From: Desulfobacterales bacterium
GTDB taxonomy: Bacteria > Desulfobacterota > Desulfobacteria > Desulfobacterales > YD0425bin51
Length of the DNA stretch: 64,000 bases
Reading direction: 5' to 3'
Assembly: GCA_015228685.1 (NCBI GenBank)
Contig: JADGCY010000009.1
Span: 103,589-167,588 of the forward strand
Shown here piece by piece: positions 1 through 9,565 of this stretch. The notes beneath the pieces were generated by a model, which searched no databases, was not told the origin of the DNA, and saw only the letters and a list, made by a program, of their open reading frames with translations. Position 1 is the stretch's first letter. The number at the start of each line of letters is the position of its first letter. The translations under genes were made by a program, and so were the position numbers.

Positions 1-1764
1 AATCTAACACTTTTAACAGAAGCTCAAGAAAATGCAGCATTATTTAGAGGAACTCTTTCCGGTGTTCTTTCTGCAAATAAACCAATAATTGAAACACGCC
101 TTGAGACTTTAATGAATTTAAGAGCTGGGACAATTGTAAATCTTACTTCACCAGCGCTTATTTTATCTGATAAGACAGATGAAGGAGTTAAATCTCTTAT
201 TGAAAGCCAAGATTTTAAAAAAATGTCAGAGGCTTTTCAGACAGTTATAGTAAAATCAAAGCAAGGAGATTATAACATAGATGCAAAAGATTTTTTTGAT
301 ACTGTAACTAGAATTATATCAAAAATAATTGAGATTCAAAATGAAGAAAAAAAGATATTATTAAAAGAAACAAGTAAAATTCGCAATGAATCTATAAAGA
401 CAATATGGTTAACCATTATATTTGCTTTATCCATATTTATTGGATTTAGTATTTTAACATTTTTTATAGTTCAAGGTATAATCCAACCTATAAATAAGAC
501 AGTTCTAGCCTTAAAAGATATTGCTGAAGGAGATGGGGATTTAACAAAAAGGATAGATGTGAAATATAAAGATGAACTAGGGGAGCTTGCTGATTGGTTT
601 AATATTTTTATAAAAAAGATTCAAGCTATAATTACAGAAATCCGTGTAAACAGTCAAAAGCTAACATCCTCATCTTCTTCTTTGTCTCAAGTTTCAAACC
701 ATTTGTCTTCTACTGCTGAGGAAGTTAAATCTCAGTCTTATGCTCTTTCTTCCAACGCAGAACATGTAAGTTCTCATATTTCTACAGTAGCCGCAGGAGC
801 AGAAGAAGCCAGCGCATCTGTGATAAATATTTCTCAAATGACAGAAAAGATGTCAAGAACATTTCAGGACGTATCTCAATTTGCCCAAAAAATTGTTGAA
901 AATGTAAAGGAAGTAGCACTATCAAGCGAGAATATGTCTGACGGAGAGACTCAAATTTCTGCTGCGGTTGAGGAAATGACAGCGTCTTTAAATGAAGTTG
1001 CAAAACATACTGCTGAAGCAAACAAAATTTCAAAAGATGCTAGTATACGTACAACAGGAATTAATAGCCGCATGGATACGCTGGTAAAATCTTCAAAACA
1101 AATAGGAAAAATAGTTGGAATAATAAAAAATATAGCTGATAAAACTGATATGCTAGCTTTAAATGCTACGATTGAAGCAGCAGGAGCAGGGGATGCTGGA
1201 AAAGGATTTGGTGTTGTTGCCAGTGAAGTTAAAGAGCTTGCAAGACAATCTACTGAAGCAACAGAGGAAATATCAGAACAGATTGAACAAATACAAAAAG
1301 GAATAAATGAAGCAGTATCTGCAATAGAATCTATAAATCATATTATTAAAGATATTGCCGCAATAAATGAAACAATAGCTGCTGCTGTAGAAGAGCAATC
1401 AGCAACGGCAAATGAAATAGCAAAGACAATTTCTGCAAATGTAAGGACAGTTAAAGAAGTAGCTTCAAACGCAAATGAATCATCAACCCTTGTTGCAAAA
1501 ATTGCCCAGTCAATTGAACAATCTTCACAAACAGCAATGGATGTAGCTAGAAATGTTGAAGAAGTTGCAGCAGGAGTTAATGATGTTGCAAAATCAACGT
1601 CAGAGTCCGCAAATGGAGTCAAGGAGATTTCAAATACTATTAACAAAATAAGTAATGCTGCAAAAGAATCATCAAAAAGTGCAACTCAAACTGATTTATC
1701 TTCTGCTGATTTATCAAGGATGGCATCATTGCTTTCAGAACTAGTTGCTAGATTTAAAATTTAG
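1..1764 (+). CDS. Methyl-accepting chemotaxis protein, 5'-truncated by the window edge
   Basis: The reading frame is open from base 1 and in frame with the ORF at 112. It contains a TM helix ([16 protein letters not shown]), a HAMP-like segment and the conserved MCP signalling core ([30 protein letters not shown]), plus Ser/Thr/Ala/Glu-rich methylation helices. Confidence 0.9.
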   Translation, partial: NLTLLTEAQENAALFRGTLSGVLSANKPIIETRLETLMNLRAGTIVNLTSPALILSDKTDEGVKSLIESQDFKKMSEAFQTVIVKSKQGDYNIDAKDFFDTVTRIISKIIEIQNEEKKILLKETSKIRNESIKTIWLTIIFALSIFIGFSILTFFIVQGIIQPINKTVLALKDIAEGDGDLTKRIDVKYKDELGELADWFNIFIKKIQAIITEIRVNSQKLTSSSSSLSQVSNHLSSTAEEVKSQSYALSSNAEHVSSHISTVAAGAEEASASVINISQMTEKMSRTFQDVSQFAQKIVENVKEVALSSENMSDGETQISAAVEEMTASLNEVAKHTAEANKISKDASIRTTGINSRMDTLVKSSKQIGKIVGIIKNIADKTDMLALNATIEAAGAGDAGKGFGVVASEVKELARQSTEATEEISEQIEQIQKGINEAVSAIESINHIIKDIAAINETIAAAVEEQSATANEIAKTISANVRTVKEVASNANESSTLVAKIAQSIEQSSQTAMDVARNVEEVAAGVNDVAKSTSESANGVKEISNTINKISNAAKESSKSATQTDLSSADLSRMASLLSELVARFKI

Positions 1765-1778
1765 ATAGAAAGGTTTAA

Positions 1779-2918
1779 ATGGACGATAAGTTAAAAGTTC
1801 TTATTGTTGACGATACTGTTACATATCGTCAAATTCTTGTGGATGTTTTTTCAAGCATAAAAGATATTGAAGTGCTAGGTACAGCTTCAAATGGGAAAAT
1901 AGCTCTTACAAAAATTGAAAATTTATCACCTGATCTTGTATTTTTAGATGTTGCCATGCCTGTTATGGATGGTATTGAAACTCTTAGTGAAATAAAAAAG
2001 AGATTTCCAAATGTTGATGCTGTAATGGTTAGCGGAATAGATAAGGAAAATGCAAATCTAACTCTAAAGGCTCTTGAACTTGGAGCAATAGATTTTATAT
2101 CCAAACCAAAAAGCAATTCAATTTCTGAAAGTATTGCTGAGATTAAAATATCTATATCTCGTATTTTATCACTAGCAAAAACCAGAAAATATTCAAGACA
2201 GATTAGAAGAGCATCTGTAGTTGAAATAAAGACAGAACCTTTGGTACAAAAATCTATTTTGGTTAAACCAATAACTGCACCTGTATCTATGCCTGTCGAA
2301 CCTTTGGTTACTCAAAAAAGAAAAATTCCTAAAATAGATGTTGTAGCAATAGGCGTGTCAACTGGGGGACCAAATGCTTTAAATGAAGTCATTCCCAGAT
2401 TAGAGAAAAATATTGGAGTTCCTATCTTAGCTGTTCAACATATGCCGCCTACATTTACCGCATCACTTGCTGAACGATTAAATAAATTATCTAATATCAA
2501 AGTTGTTGAAGGAAGGGAAGGGGACCCTGTGGACAAAGGAGTTATGTATCTATCACCAGGTGGAATACATATGGTTATAAGAAAGTCTGGATTTAACATT
2601 AGTATTGGACTGGTTGATTCTCCTCCTGTAAAGAGTTGCAGACCTGCTGTTGATGTCCTTTTTAGGTCTATTGGGATGATTTATGGTGGAAATGTTCTTA
2701 CAGTTATTTTAACAGGAATGGGAAATGACGGTACAGATGGGGTTGCTATGATTAGAAGGAAAGGAGGATATTCTATAGTTCAGGATGAAAAAACAAGTGT
2801 GGTTTGGGGAATGCCAGGAGCTGTTGCGGCTGCAAATGACGCTGATGAGATTCTACCGTTAAATAAAATTGCAGATAGAATAATGGAGATAGTAAGGAGA
2901 GGGCAAGCGTCATGTTAA
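1779..2918 (+). CDS. cheB: Chemotaxis response regulator protein-glutamate methylesterase CheB (REC + methylesterase)
   Basis: N-terminal receiver (KVLIVDDTV...DLVFLDVAMPVMDG). C-terminal CheB methylesterase motifs (VVAIGVSTGGPNAL, ILAVQHMPPTFT, GMGNDGTDG). It lies 14 nt after the MCP. Confidence 0.9.
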   Translation: MDDKLKVLIVDDTVTYRQILVDVFSSIKDIEVLGTASNGKIALTKIENLSPDLVFLDVAMPVMDGIETLSEIKKRFPNVDAVMVSGIDKENANLTLKALELGAIDFISKPKSNSISESIAEIKISISRILSLAKTRKYSRQIRRASVVEIKTEPLVQKSILVKPITAPVSMPVEPLVTQKRKIPKIDVVAIGVSTGGPNALNEVIPRLEKNIGVPILAVQHMPPTFTASLAERLNKLSNIKVVEGREGDPVDKGVMYLSPGGIHMVIRKSGFNISIGLVDSPPVKSCRPAVDVLFRSIGMIYGGNVLTVILTGMGNDGTDGVAMIRRKGGYSIVQDEKTSVVWGMPGAVAAANDADEILPLNKIADRIMEIVRRGQASC

Positions 2919-3745
2919 AAATCACAGAACCTGAATTTCTTTTAATGAAACAATACATAGAAGATCACTGTGGAATTCATCTTCAAGAAGGGAAAGAATA
3001 TCTTATTGAATCAAGGCTTTCTGATTTAGTGATTGAAACAGGATCAAATTCATTTCAAGAATTTCATTTAAAGACTAGAACTGACTCTACAGGTAGATTA
3101 AAAGAACGAATAATAGATGCTATGACAACCAATGAAACTTATTGGTTCCGTGATGATTCTGCATGGGAATATATCCGAGAAAAAGCTGTTCCTAATATTT
3201 TAGATATTGCTAAAAATTCAGGTAAAGCTAGAATCTGGTCTAGTGCTGCATCAACAGGTCAAGAAGCTTATTCTTTACTGATGCTTTTAGATGAAGCAGC
3301 AAAGCAAAAGGGAAATCCTTCTCTTTTAGATAAAATAGAAATTATTGGAACAGATATATCTTCTCAAGCTCTTCTTCTAGCTCAAGCTGGAAGGTATAGC
3401 TCAATAGCCATGGGGCGAGGTTTACCAAAAGAAAAGACTAAAAATTATTTTACACAGCAAGGTACGATATGGATTTTGGATCAAAGCTTTAAAAAAAGAG
3501 TTACTTTTAAAAAGTTTAATCTGCAAGATGATTTTATGCCCCTAGGATTATTTGATTTGATTTTATGCAGAAACGTAATAATTTATTTTTCAGATAAATT
3601 TAAAAAATCGCTTTTTTCAAAACTTGCTAGGGTATTAAAACCCAAAGGAGTTCTTATTCTAGGAGCTTCAGAAACGTTAAGGGGGTTTTCAGATGACTTT
3701 GATATTCAATATTATAAAAATGCAGTATTAAACATAAAGAAATAG
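2912..3745 (+). CDS. cheR: Chemotaxis protein methyltransferase CheR
   Basis: CheR N-terminal all-helical domain followed by a SAM-dependent MTase fold (RIWSSAASTGQEAYSLLM, ILCRNVIIYF). It overlaps cheB by 7 nt. Confidence 0.9.
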   Translation: MLKITEPEFLLMKQYIEDHCGIHLQEGKEYLIESRLSDLVIETGSNSFQEFHLKTRTDSTGRLKERIIDAMTTNETYWFRDDSAWEYIREKAVPNILDIAKNSGKARIWSSAASTGQEAYSLLMLLDEAAKQKGNPSLLDKIEIIGTDISSQALLLAQAGRYSSIAMGRGLPKEKTKNYFTQQGTIWILDQSFKKRVTFKKFNLQDDFMPLGLFDLILCRNVIIYFSDKFKKSLFSKLARVLKPKGVLILGASETLRGFSDDFDIQYYKNAVLNIKK

Positions 3746-3761
3746 GAGGAAATGAATTAGA

Positions 3762-4157
3762 ATGAGGATACTTTCTGTAGATGATTCATTGACTATAAGA
3801 CAAACTATTCAAAATATGGTAGAAGTCTTAGATGTTGATTTTATTGAAGCTGAAAATGGCGATATAGCTCTAAAACTTCTAGAATCCTTAGAAGGAAGAA
3901 TAGATTTAATTTTACTTGACTGGGAAATGCCTGTAATGAATGGTTATGATTTTTTAGTAACCATTAAAAAGGATAAGCGCTTTAGATCAATTCCAGTTAT
4001 AATGCTTACTCAGGTTTCTCAAAAAGAAAAGATGATTAGTGCCATAAAAGCAGGAGCTAAACAATATATTACTAAACCTTTTACAAATGAGGACCTTATA
4101 ATAAAAATTATGCAGGCTCTAAATATTGATAATTTAGAAGATTTAAAAAAAATATAA
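3762..4157 (+). CDS. CheY-like single-domain response regulator
   Basis: 131-aa receiver domain (MRILSVDDS...LLDWEMPVMNG...ITKPF). It is the last gene of the che operon. Confidence 0.85.
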   Translation: MRILSVDDSLTIRQTIQNMVEVLDVDFIEAENGDIALKLLESLEGRIDLILLDWEMPVMNGYDFLVTIKKDKRFRSIPVIMLTQVSQKEKMISAIKAGAKQYITKPFTNEDLIIKIMQALNIDNLEDLKKI

Positions 4158-4207
4158 GTTTTTTTGTGAATTTGGCAGAGGAACAATGTCATCCATTTAT
4201 TTTATAT

Positions 4208-6100
4208 TTAAAATTTTCCTGCTACAATTTTTTTTTCCATTTCAGTTAATCCAAAGATACTGTAAACATAATTGTTTAGATTGGATAAATCATTACTCCC
4301 TGTTATATAATATTCATATAATTCTTTTAATTTTGAATGCTTGCTTAATTCAAGAATTGGTAAAGGCAAAGATTCAATATGATTCCTCAACACCTTTTTA
4401 GAGTGATATATTTTTCTATATAAGAAGGTATATAAACTCGAGTTAAATAGGATAACAATCGATTCCAATGGGTAATCAATTGTTGGAATGAAGAGATTGG
4501 CACTATTTAAAAGAAGGTAATTATTTTTATCTAAACAGCATATTAACCTATCAGAAATAAATCTGTATACTATTTTTGTTTGTCTATATAACTCGATTGG
4601 AGCTACCTGCTGATAAACATCTGGATTGAATTCGATGAAACACTCAGGAGTTCCATAAATAAAAGGTTTTATGTCTTTCCCACGAAAAATTGGTTCTGAG
4701 CTAACTGTTGGATTTGCTAAAATATGTTTTTTATTATTTCCAGTTACAATTCCCAAAGCAAATTTTGCATTATTTTTTAATAAATAATGTTTAATATTAA
4801 AGACTTTTAAAATTACATTTGCTTCTTTATCGCTTGCTGTAGCTGAAATAATGAAATCTGGATATTTTAGTGATGAATAATTAATGCGATTTAGAAGCAT
4901 ATTATCTTTTGAATAAACATCAAGATGGTCATTTTTGTCTTTTAAATCTAATTCTAGTCTAATCGATTCTGACATTACACCCGCAAATGGGTTTCCAAGT
5001 AAATATATATTCATTTTTGGCTTTTTACTTATTAAGTAATTGCGAATATTTTTATGAGAATAAACATTCAAGAAAGAGTGAGGAAGAAAGAAAATAAGTT
5101 TTCCATCATCAGATAATTTGTTTATAGAATTATAGAGAGCAATACTAAAAGATTCTGTTGTCTCTATATGAGGATATTTTCTAATGATATCTTTTTTTTC
5201 TGAACTTGAAAATTTACTCCCCCATGGAGGATTAGTTATAATAAAATCAAATTTTTGATTCTCTTTAATTGTATATAAGCTGCTATCAAATTTTTCATCG
5301 AAGATAATATCATGTTTTTTTATATTGGGCTTTATATTTGGGTCATTGAAAAATAAACAAAGATTTACTCGACATATTTTTATTGCTATCTCATCTATAT
5401 CTTGTGCATATATATGGTTCGCGTTATGTCCCTTTTGCAAAACTTTCATCAATATTCCACCACTACCACAACAAGGATCTAGAACTAATTTACCTAAGGG
5501 GATTTTTATTGCTTCTAATAAGTAGCCAGGTGTGTAGTATGAACCTTTTTTTGACTTTGATGAAATAGTTTGGATTGATTGATAAAAAGCACCAATAAAA
5601 TCTTCATTTTTAGTATTAAAAGATATTTCTTTAAAAGGATTACTATAATTCTTGAATTGAATATTTATTTCTTTAGACCATTTTAAAAGAAATATTTCTA
5701 TATTTGAATTTGGATTTAAAAACCACTTTTCGTTTATTAAATTGGCTGATTTTAGTATTTGAATAGAAAGCTCAAAAACACTTTGTTCAATTGATAATCC
5801 ATATTGTTTATGAATATCTATTGTCTCTAATAACTGATTTTTTAAAAAACTATCTTCAATTCCCAAAAAACAAATATCATTATTATCAGTCATAGAACGA
5901 TTAGCTCTTGCTTTTAATCTATTCGAGTCATTTGACGTAATCCTTTTTATAATATTTTGAAATTCAAAATTAGTAAAAATATTTTGATTACTTGGGGGAG
6001 AAATTGCTCCAGTTTTTATCCAATTATTTACTGTTGCTATTGAAACTCCAAGTCTGTTTTTAATATCATTTTTAGTTTTAAATAATAGATCATCCATACC
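4208..6100 (-). CDS. N6-adenine-specific DNA methyltransferase (Eco57I/type IIG-like gamma class MTase with N-terminal HTH), apparently solitary
   Basis: Motif I LDPCCGSGGILM and motif IV IITNPPWG (the NPPW adenine-MTase signature). There is an N-terminal HTH-like segment and a C-terminal presumptive TRD. The start was moved to the internal Met (FGMDDL) to avoid overlap with gldA. No nuclease partner is evident. Confidence 0.75.
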   Translation of the reverse strand, partial: GMDDLLFKTKNDIKNRLGVSIATVNNWIKTGAISPPSNQNIFTNFEFQNIIKRITSNDSNRLKARANRSMTDNNDICFLGIEDSFLKNQLLETIDIHKQYGLSIEQSVFELSIQILKSANLINEKWFLNPNSNIEIFLLKWSKEINIQFKNYSNPFKEISFNTKNEDFIGAFYQSIQTISSKSKKGSYYTPGYLLEAIKIPLGKLVLDPCCGSGGILMKVLQKGHNANHIYAQDIDEIAIKICRVNLCLFFNDPNIKPNIKKHDIIFDEKFDSSLYTIKENQKFDFIITNPPWGSKFSSSEKKDIIRKYPHIETTESFSIALYNSINKLSDDGKLIFFLPHSFLNVYSHKNIRNYLISKKPKMNIYLLGNPFAGVMSESIRLELDLKDKNDHLDVYSKDNMLLNRINYSSLKYPDFIISATASDKEANVILKVFNIKHYLLKNNAKFALGIVTGNNKKHILANPTVSSEPIFRGKDIKPFIYGTPECFIEFNPDVYQQVAPIELYRQTKIVYRFISDRLICCLDKNNYLLLNSANLFIPTIDYPLESIVILFNSSLYTFLYRKIYHSKKVLRNHIESLPLPILELSKHSKLKELYEYYITGSNDLSNLNNYVYSIFGLTEMEKKIVAGKF

Positions 6101-6116
6101 AAATTTAATCAATTTG

Positions 6117-7220
6117 CTATAATAAATTTGGCTGTTTTTTTCTGTATTCTCCAATAGCGTTAGCTGCAAGGATTGCATAAAAAACTTTTTCAGGAGTTAT
6201 CTTTCCTGCTTCATGATGAATCGATTCGCCTATTGCACAGGCTTTTTCCGCGACAGCTTTCAGTTTGTTGCTGTCCATATTTTTAATACCAATGTCCCAA
6301 AGAGTTGTGGGAAGTCCAACTTTTTCGCAGAATGAGAAAACGATTGCTGATTCTTCAGGTGGAGTATCAGTTAGTTGAAGACCTACTAGAACGCCAAAAG
6401 CAACTTTTTCTCCATGGTAAAACGCATGTGTTTCTTCCAGCACAGTGAATCCATTGTGAATAGAATGAGCGCTTGCTAAGCCCCCGCTTTCAAAGCCGAT
6501 TCCACTTAGTAAAATATTTGCCTCTACAATATGCTCAAAAGCTGGTGTTATGATATGTTTTTCTGCTGCAATCTTTGCAGTAACACCATATTGGAGCAAT
6601 GTATCATAACATAGCTTAGCTAAATTGAGTCCAGTCAACGTGCTGAGTCCTTTGCATACGTTTTCAGATTGTGTATTACTGCAGGATTTTGCTTCAAACC
6701 AAGTAGATAGAGCATCACCCATTCCAGCAACCAGAAAACGGACAGGAGCATTGGCTATAATTTTAGTATCTACAAGAACGGCAGCAGGATTAGATTTTTG
6801 ATAGTATACAGATTCAAAAACTCCATGCTCAGAATACAACACAGCGCATCCGCTGCATGGAGCATCTGTAGAAGCGATCGTTGGAACAATAAGTACAGGA
6901 ATATTTGCTCGGTCAGCTGCAATTTTAGCAGTGTCAATTGTTTTTCCGCCTCCCATACCTACAATTACATCCACATTTTTATCAAGAATTACTTTAGCTA
7001 TTCTTGATAGTTCTTTTTCACAACATTCTCCTTTGAATTGTTCGATTGACAAAGAGTGAGTATTTAAATCTATGCTGCTATCAGGAAGAATTTTTTGATG
7101 TGCTGTTGGTGAAGCAAGAATAAGACCTTTCATGCCAAACAGATTGATTAGGGACGGCAACTCATTGAGAGCGCCGACACCTTGAATATACTTTCCTGGA
7201 AACAAAATTTTTTTTAACAT
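6117..7220 (-). CDS. gldA: Glycerol dehydrogenase (iron-containing alcohol dehydrogenase family)
   Basis: Fe-ADH/GldA fold motifs (GMGGGKTIDTAKIAA, DAPCSGCAV, metal-binding His cluster AHSIHNGFT). Length 367 aa. Confidence 0.85.
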   Translation of the reverse strand: MLKKILFPGKYIQGVGALNELPSLINLFGMKGLILASPTAHQKILPDSSIDLNTHSLSIEQFKGECCEKELSRIAKVILDKNVDVIVGMGGGKTIDTAKIAADRANIPVLIVPTIASTDAPCSGCAVLYSEHGVFESVYYQKSNPAAVLVDTKIIANAPVRFLVAGMGDALSTWFEAKSCSNTQSENVCKGLSTLTGLNLAKLCYDTLLQYGVTAKIAAEKHIITPAFEHIVEANILLSGIGFESGGLASAHSIHNGFTVLEETHAFYHGEKVAFGVLVGLQLTDTPPEESAIVFSFCEKVGLPTTLWDIGIKNMDSNKLKAVAEKACAIGESIHHEAGKITPEKVFYAILAANAIGEYRKKQPNLL

Positions 7221-7261
7221 ATTATTTTCTCCTATATATTTATAGCTAAATTTGATAATTC

Positions 7262-7277
7262 ATTATTTCGAAATAAT
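7262..7277. promoter_or_regulatory. Perfect 16-bp palindrome ATTATTTCGAAATAAT in the gldA / EF-hand-protein divergent promoter region
   Basis: The palindrome is read directly from the sequence. It sits in the 148-bp AT-rich divergent intergenic region. Confidence 0.4.
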
Positions 7278-7368
7278 CAAGCATGATTATACCCTTGCAT
7301 TTTAAACAGTTAAAATTTATATGTATAACATAATTTATTTTAAATATAAAAAATTGGAAGGTTAGAAT

Positions 7369-9555
7369 ATGAAAAACAGTGATGATATTGAAAATATTAA
7401 ATCCCTTAAATCTTCACATATATGGCGTTTTATCAGAATTGGAGGCTTTGATCATGTTCTTCTTGATACAGGAAATGACTTATTAGCTCTTGAAAAATTA
7501 GATCAAAAGCTATGGGCTGTTCTTAGTTGTCCTACTAACGGATTGGAATTTGATTCCAAAACGTTTCAGTATATGGATACTGACGAAGATGGGCGTATTC
7601 GTGCTGCTGAAATTATTTCTGCTTTAAAATGGACACTTTCTTTAATTAATAATCCTGACGATCTTATTCGTAGTTCTCCTGAATTACCACTTGCATCAAT
7701 TAATGACAGCAGTAATGAAGGGAAAAAAATCCTTTTTTGTGCTCGTGAAATTTTAAAGAACATAGGGAAAAAATCAGCAGAAGTCATTACTATCGAAGAT
7801 ACATTAGATAGTTCAAAAATTTTTGCTAATACCAAATTTAACGGTGATGGAATTATCCCTGTCATTGCAGCAGATGATGAATCTTCTCAAAAGATAATTC
7901 AAGAAATAATTGATTGTTTTGGAGCTGAGCAAGATAGGAGTGGGCTGCCCGGCATTAATATGGAAAAGGTTGAAATCTTTTTTAATGAAGCAATACAATA
8001 TTCTGATTGGTGGCATGAATCTGAAAAAAATGCTAGTAATATTTTACCTTTTGGAGATAGAACTCAAAAAGTTTATAAAATATTTGAAGTTATTCAGGCA
8101 AAAATTGATGATTATTTTACACGCTGCAGCCTTGCTGCATTTGATAATCGATCAACTCTATCTTTAAACCCGTCTAATTCACAATATGATGAATTATCTC
8201 TAAAAATTTTATCGCGGTCAAGTAAGGAAATATCAGCCTTTCCTATTTCTAAAATAGAGCAGAACAATAGCTTGAATCTCAATGAAGGTATAAATCCTGC
8301 GTGGATTGAAATAATTTCTAAGTTTAGAGAAGAAATAGTAAGACCTTTGTTTAAAGATAAAGAAATCATAAATGCTAACGAATGGAAATTTATCAGCACA
8401 AAATTTAATGATTATAGAGCATGGTTAAGCCGTAAAAAGGAAAGTTCTGTTGAAAAACTAGGTATTAAGCGGATTGATGAAATATTATCAGGTAACAGCA
8501 AAGATATTATTAAACAACTGATTGAAAAAGATATGGCCCTTGAATCTGAAGCTAATTCTACTGAAGAATTGAATAAACTAATTTATTATTACCGGGATAT
8601 TTATATTCTTTTAAATAATTTCATATCATTGCGTGATTTTTATACACCGGGAAAAAAGGCTATTTTTCAGGCAGGAACTCTATATTTAGATGGACGAAGT
8701 TGTGACATGTGCATTAGAGTTGATGATATAGCGAAACATAGTACTTTAGCTAATTTAGGAAGAACATATCTTGCCTATTGTGAATGCAGCCGCAAAGATA
8801 GCTCTCAAAAAATTAAGATAGCCGCTGCCTTTACAGAAGGTGACTCTGATAATCTAATGGTTGGACGAAATGGTGTTTTTTATGATCGAAAAAATCGAGA
8901 TTGGGATGCCACTATTGTCAAAATTATTGAACAGCCAATAAGTATAAGACAAGCTTTCTTGTCCCCTTATAGACGATTTGCACGTATGATTACAGAGCAG
9001 ATTGAAAAAGTAGCTGTAGCTCGTGAAAAAGCTGTTGATTCAGGAACTTCAGGTACCATAACTGATATTAGCCAAAAAGCAGAAACAGGTAAGCCTATTA
9101 GTTCTCAACCTTTTGATGTAGGTAAGTTTGCGGGAATTTTTGCTGCAATTGGTCTTGCTGTAGGGGCTATTGGAACAGCTATTGCCTCAGTTGTAACAGG
9201 ATTTATGTCGCTTGAGTGGTGGCAAATGCCACTTACTGTAGTAGGCTTAATATTTGCTATTTCTGGTCCTTCAATGGTTATTGCATATTTAAAACTGCGG
9301 CAGCGTAATTTATCTCCAATTCTTGATGCTTGCGGATGGGCTGTAAACACACGTGCTATAATAAATATCCCTTTTGGAAGTTCATTAACCAGCAGAGCTA
9401 TACTTCCTGAAGGATCAAGCCGTTTACTTAAGGATCCTTTTGCAGAAAAGGAAAGACCATGGAAATTTTATATTTTTATTGTCACATTGCTTATGATTCT
9501 TGGACTCATGCTACAAAAAGGAATTTTTCATAAATTGATAGATCTTATTAAATAA
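7369..9555 (+). CDS. Large hypothetical membrane-anchored protein with an N-terminal canonical EF-hand loop
   Basis: 728-aa ORF with an RBS-like sequence upstream. It has a DxDxDGxIxxxE loop (DTDEDGRIRAAE). The C-terminus has hydrophobic helices (GIFAAIGLAVGAIGTAIASVVTGF, LTVVGLIFAISGPSMVIAY, FYIFIVTLLMILGLML). No recognisable enzymatic motif was found. Confidence 0.6.
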   Translation: MKNSDDIENIKSLKSSHIWRFIRIGGFDHVLLDTGNDLLALEKLDQKLWAVLSCPTNGLEFDSKTFQYMDTDEDGRIRAAEIISALKWTLSLINNPDDLIRSSPELPLASINDSSNEGKKILFCAREILKNIGKKSAEVITIEDTLDSSKIFANTKFNGDGIIPVIAADDESSQKIIQEIIDCFGAEQDRSGLPGINMEKVEIFFNEAIQYSDWWHESEKNASNILPFGDRTQKVYKIFEVIQAKIDDYFTRCSLAAFDNRSTLSLNPSNSQYDELSLKILSRSSKEISAFPISKIEQNNSLNLNEGINPAWIEIISKFREEIVRPLFKDKEIINANEWKFISTKFNDYRAWLSRKKESSVEKLGIKRIDEILSGNSKDIIKQLIEKDMALESEANSTEELNKLIYYYRDIYILLNNFISLRDFYTPGKKAIFQAGTLYLDGRSCDMCIRVDDIAKHSTLANLGRTYLAYCECSRKDSSQKIKIAAAFTEGDSDNLMVGRNGVFYDRKNRDWDATIVKIIEQPISIRQAFLSPYRRFARMITEQIEKVAVAREKAVDSGTSGTITDISQKAETGKPISSQPFDVGKFAGIFAAIGLAVGAIGTAIASVVTGFMSLEWWQMPLTVVGLIFAISGPSMVIAYLKLRQRNLSPILDACGWAVNTRAIINIPFGSSLTSRAILPEGSSRLLKDPFAEKERPWKFYIFIVTLLMILGLMLQKGIFHKLIDLIK

Positions 9556-9565
9556 AGTAATTCAA

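Noticed and set aside
782-1646. Antisense ORFs (782-1033, 1338-1646) inside the MCP gene
   Set aside because: They lie fully within the well-supported MCP reading frame on the opposite strand. Their Ala/Ser/Thr-rich composition mirrors the MCP methylation helices. No RBS is present.
4186-4401. 71-aa plus-strand ORF after cheY
   Set aside because: It overlaps the 3' end of the methyltransferase gene on the other strand. Its hydrophobic low-complexity translation comes from AT-rich sequence.
7369-9555. Idea that the 728-aa protein is a TelA/Ter-family member linked to the TerY-P-like locus
   Set aside because: I cannot point to any TelA/TerB/TerD motif in the sequence. The gene is also 12 kb away on a different transcriptional unit.
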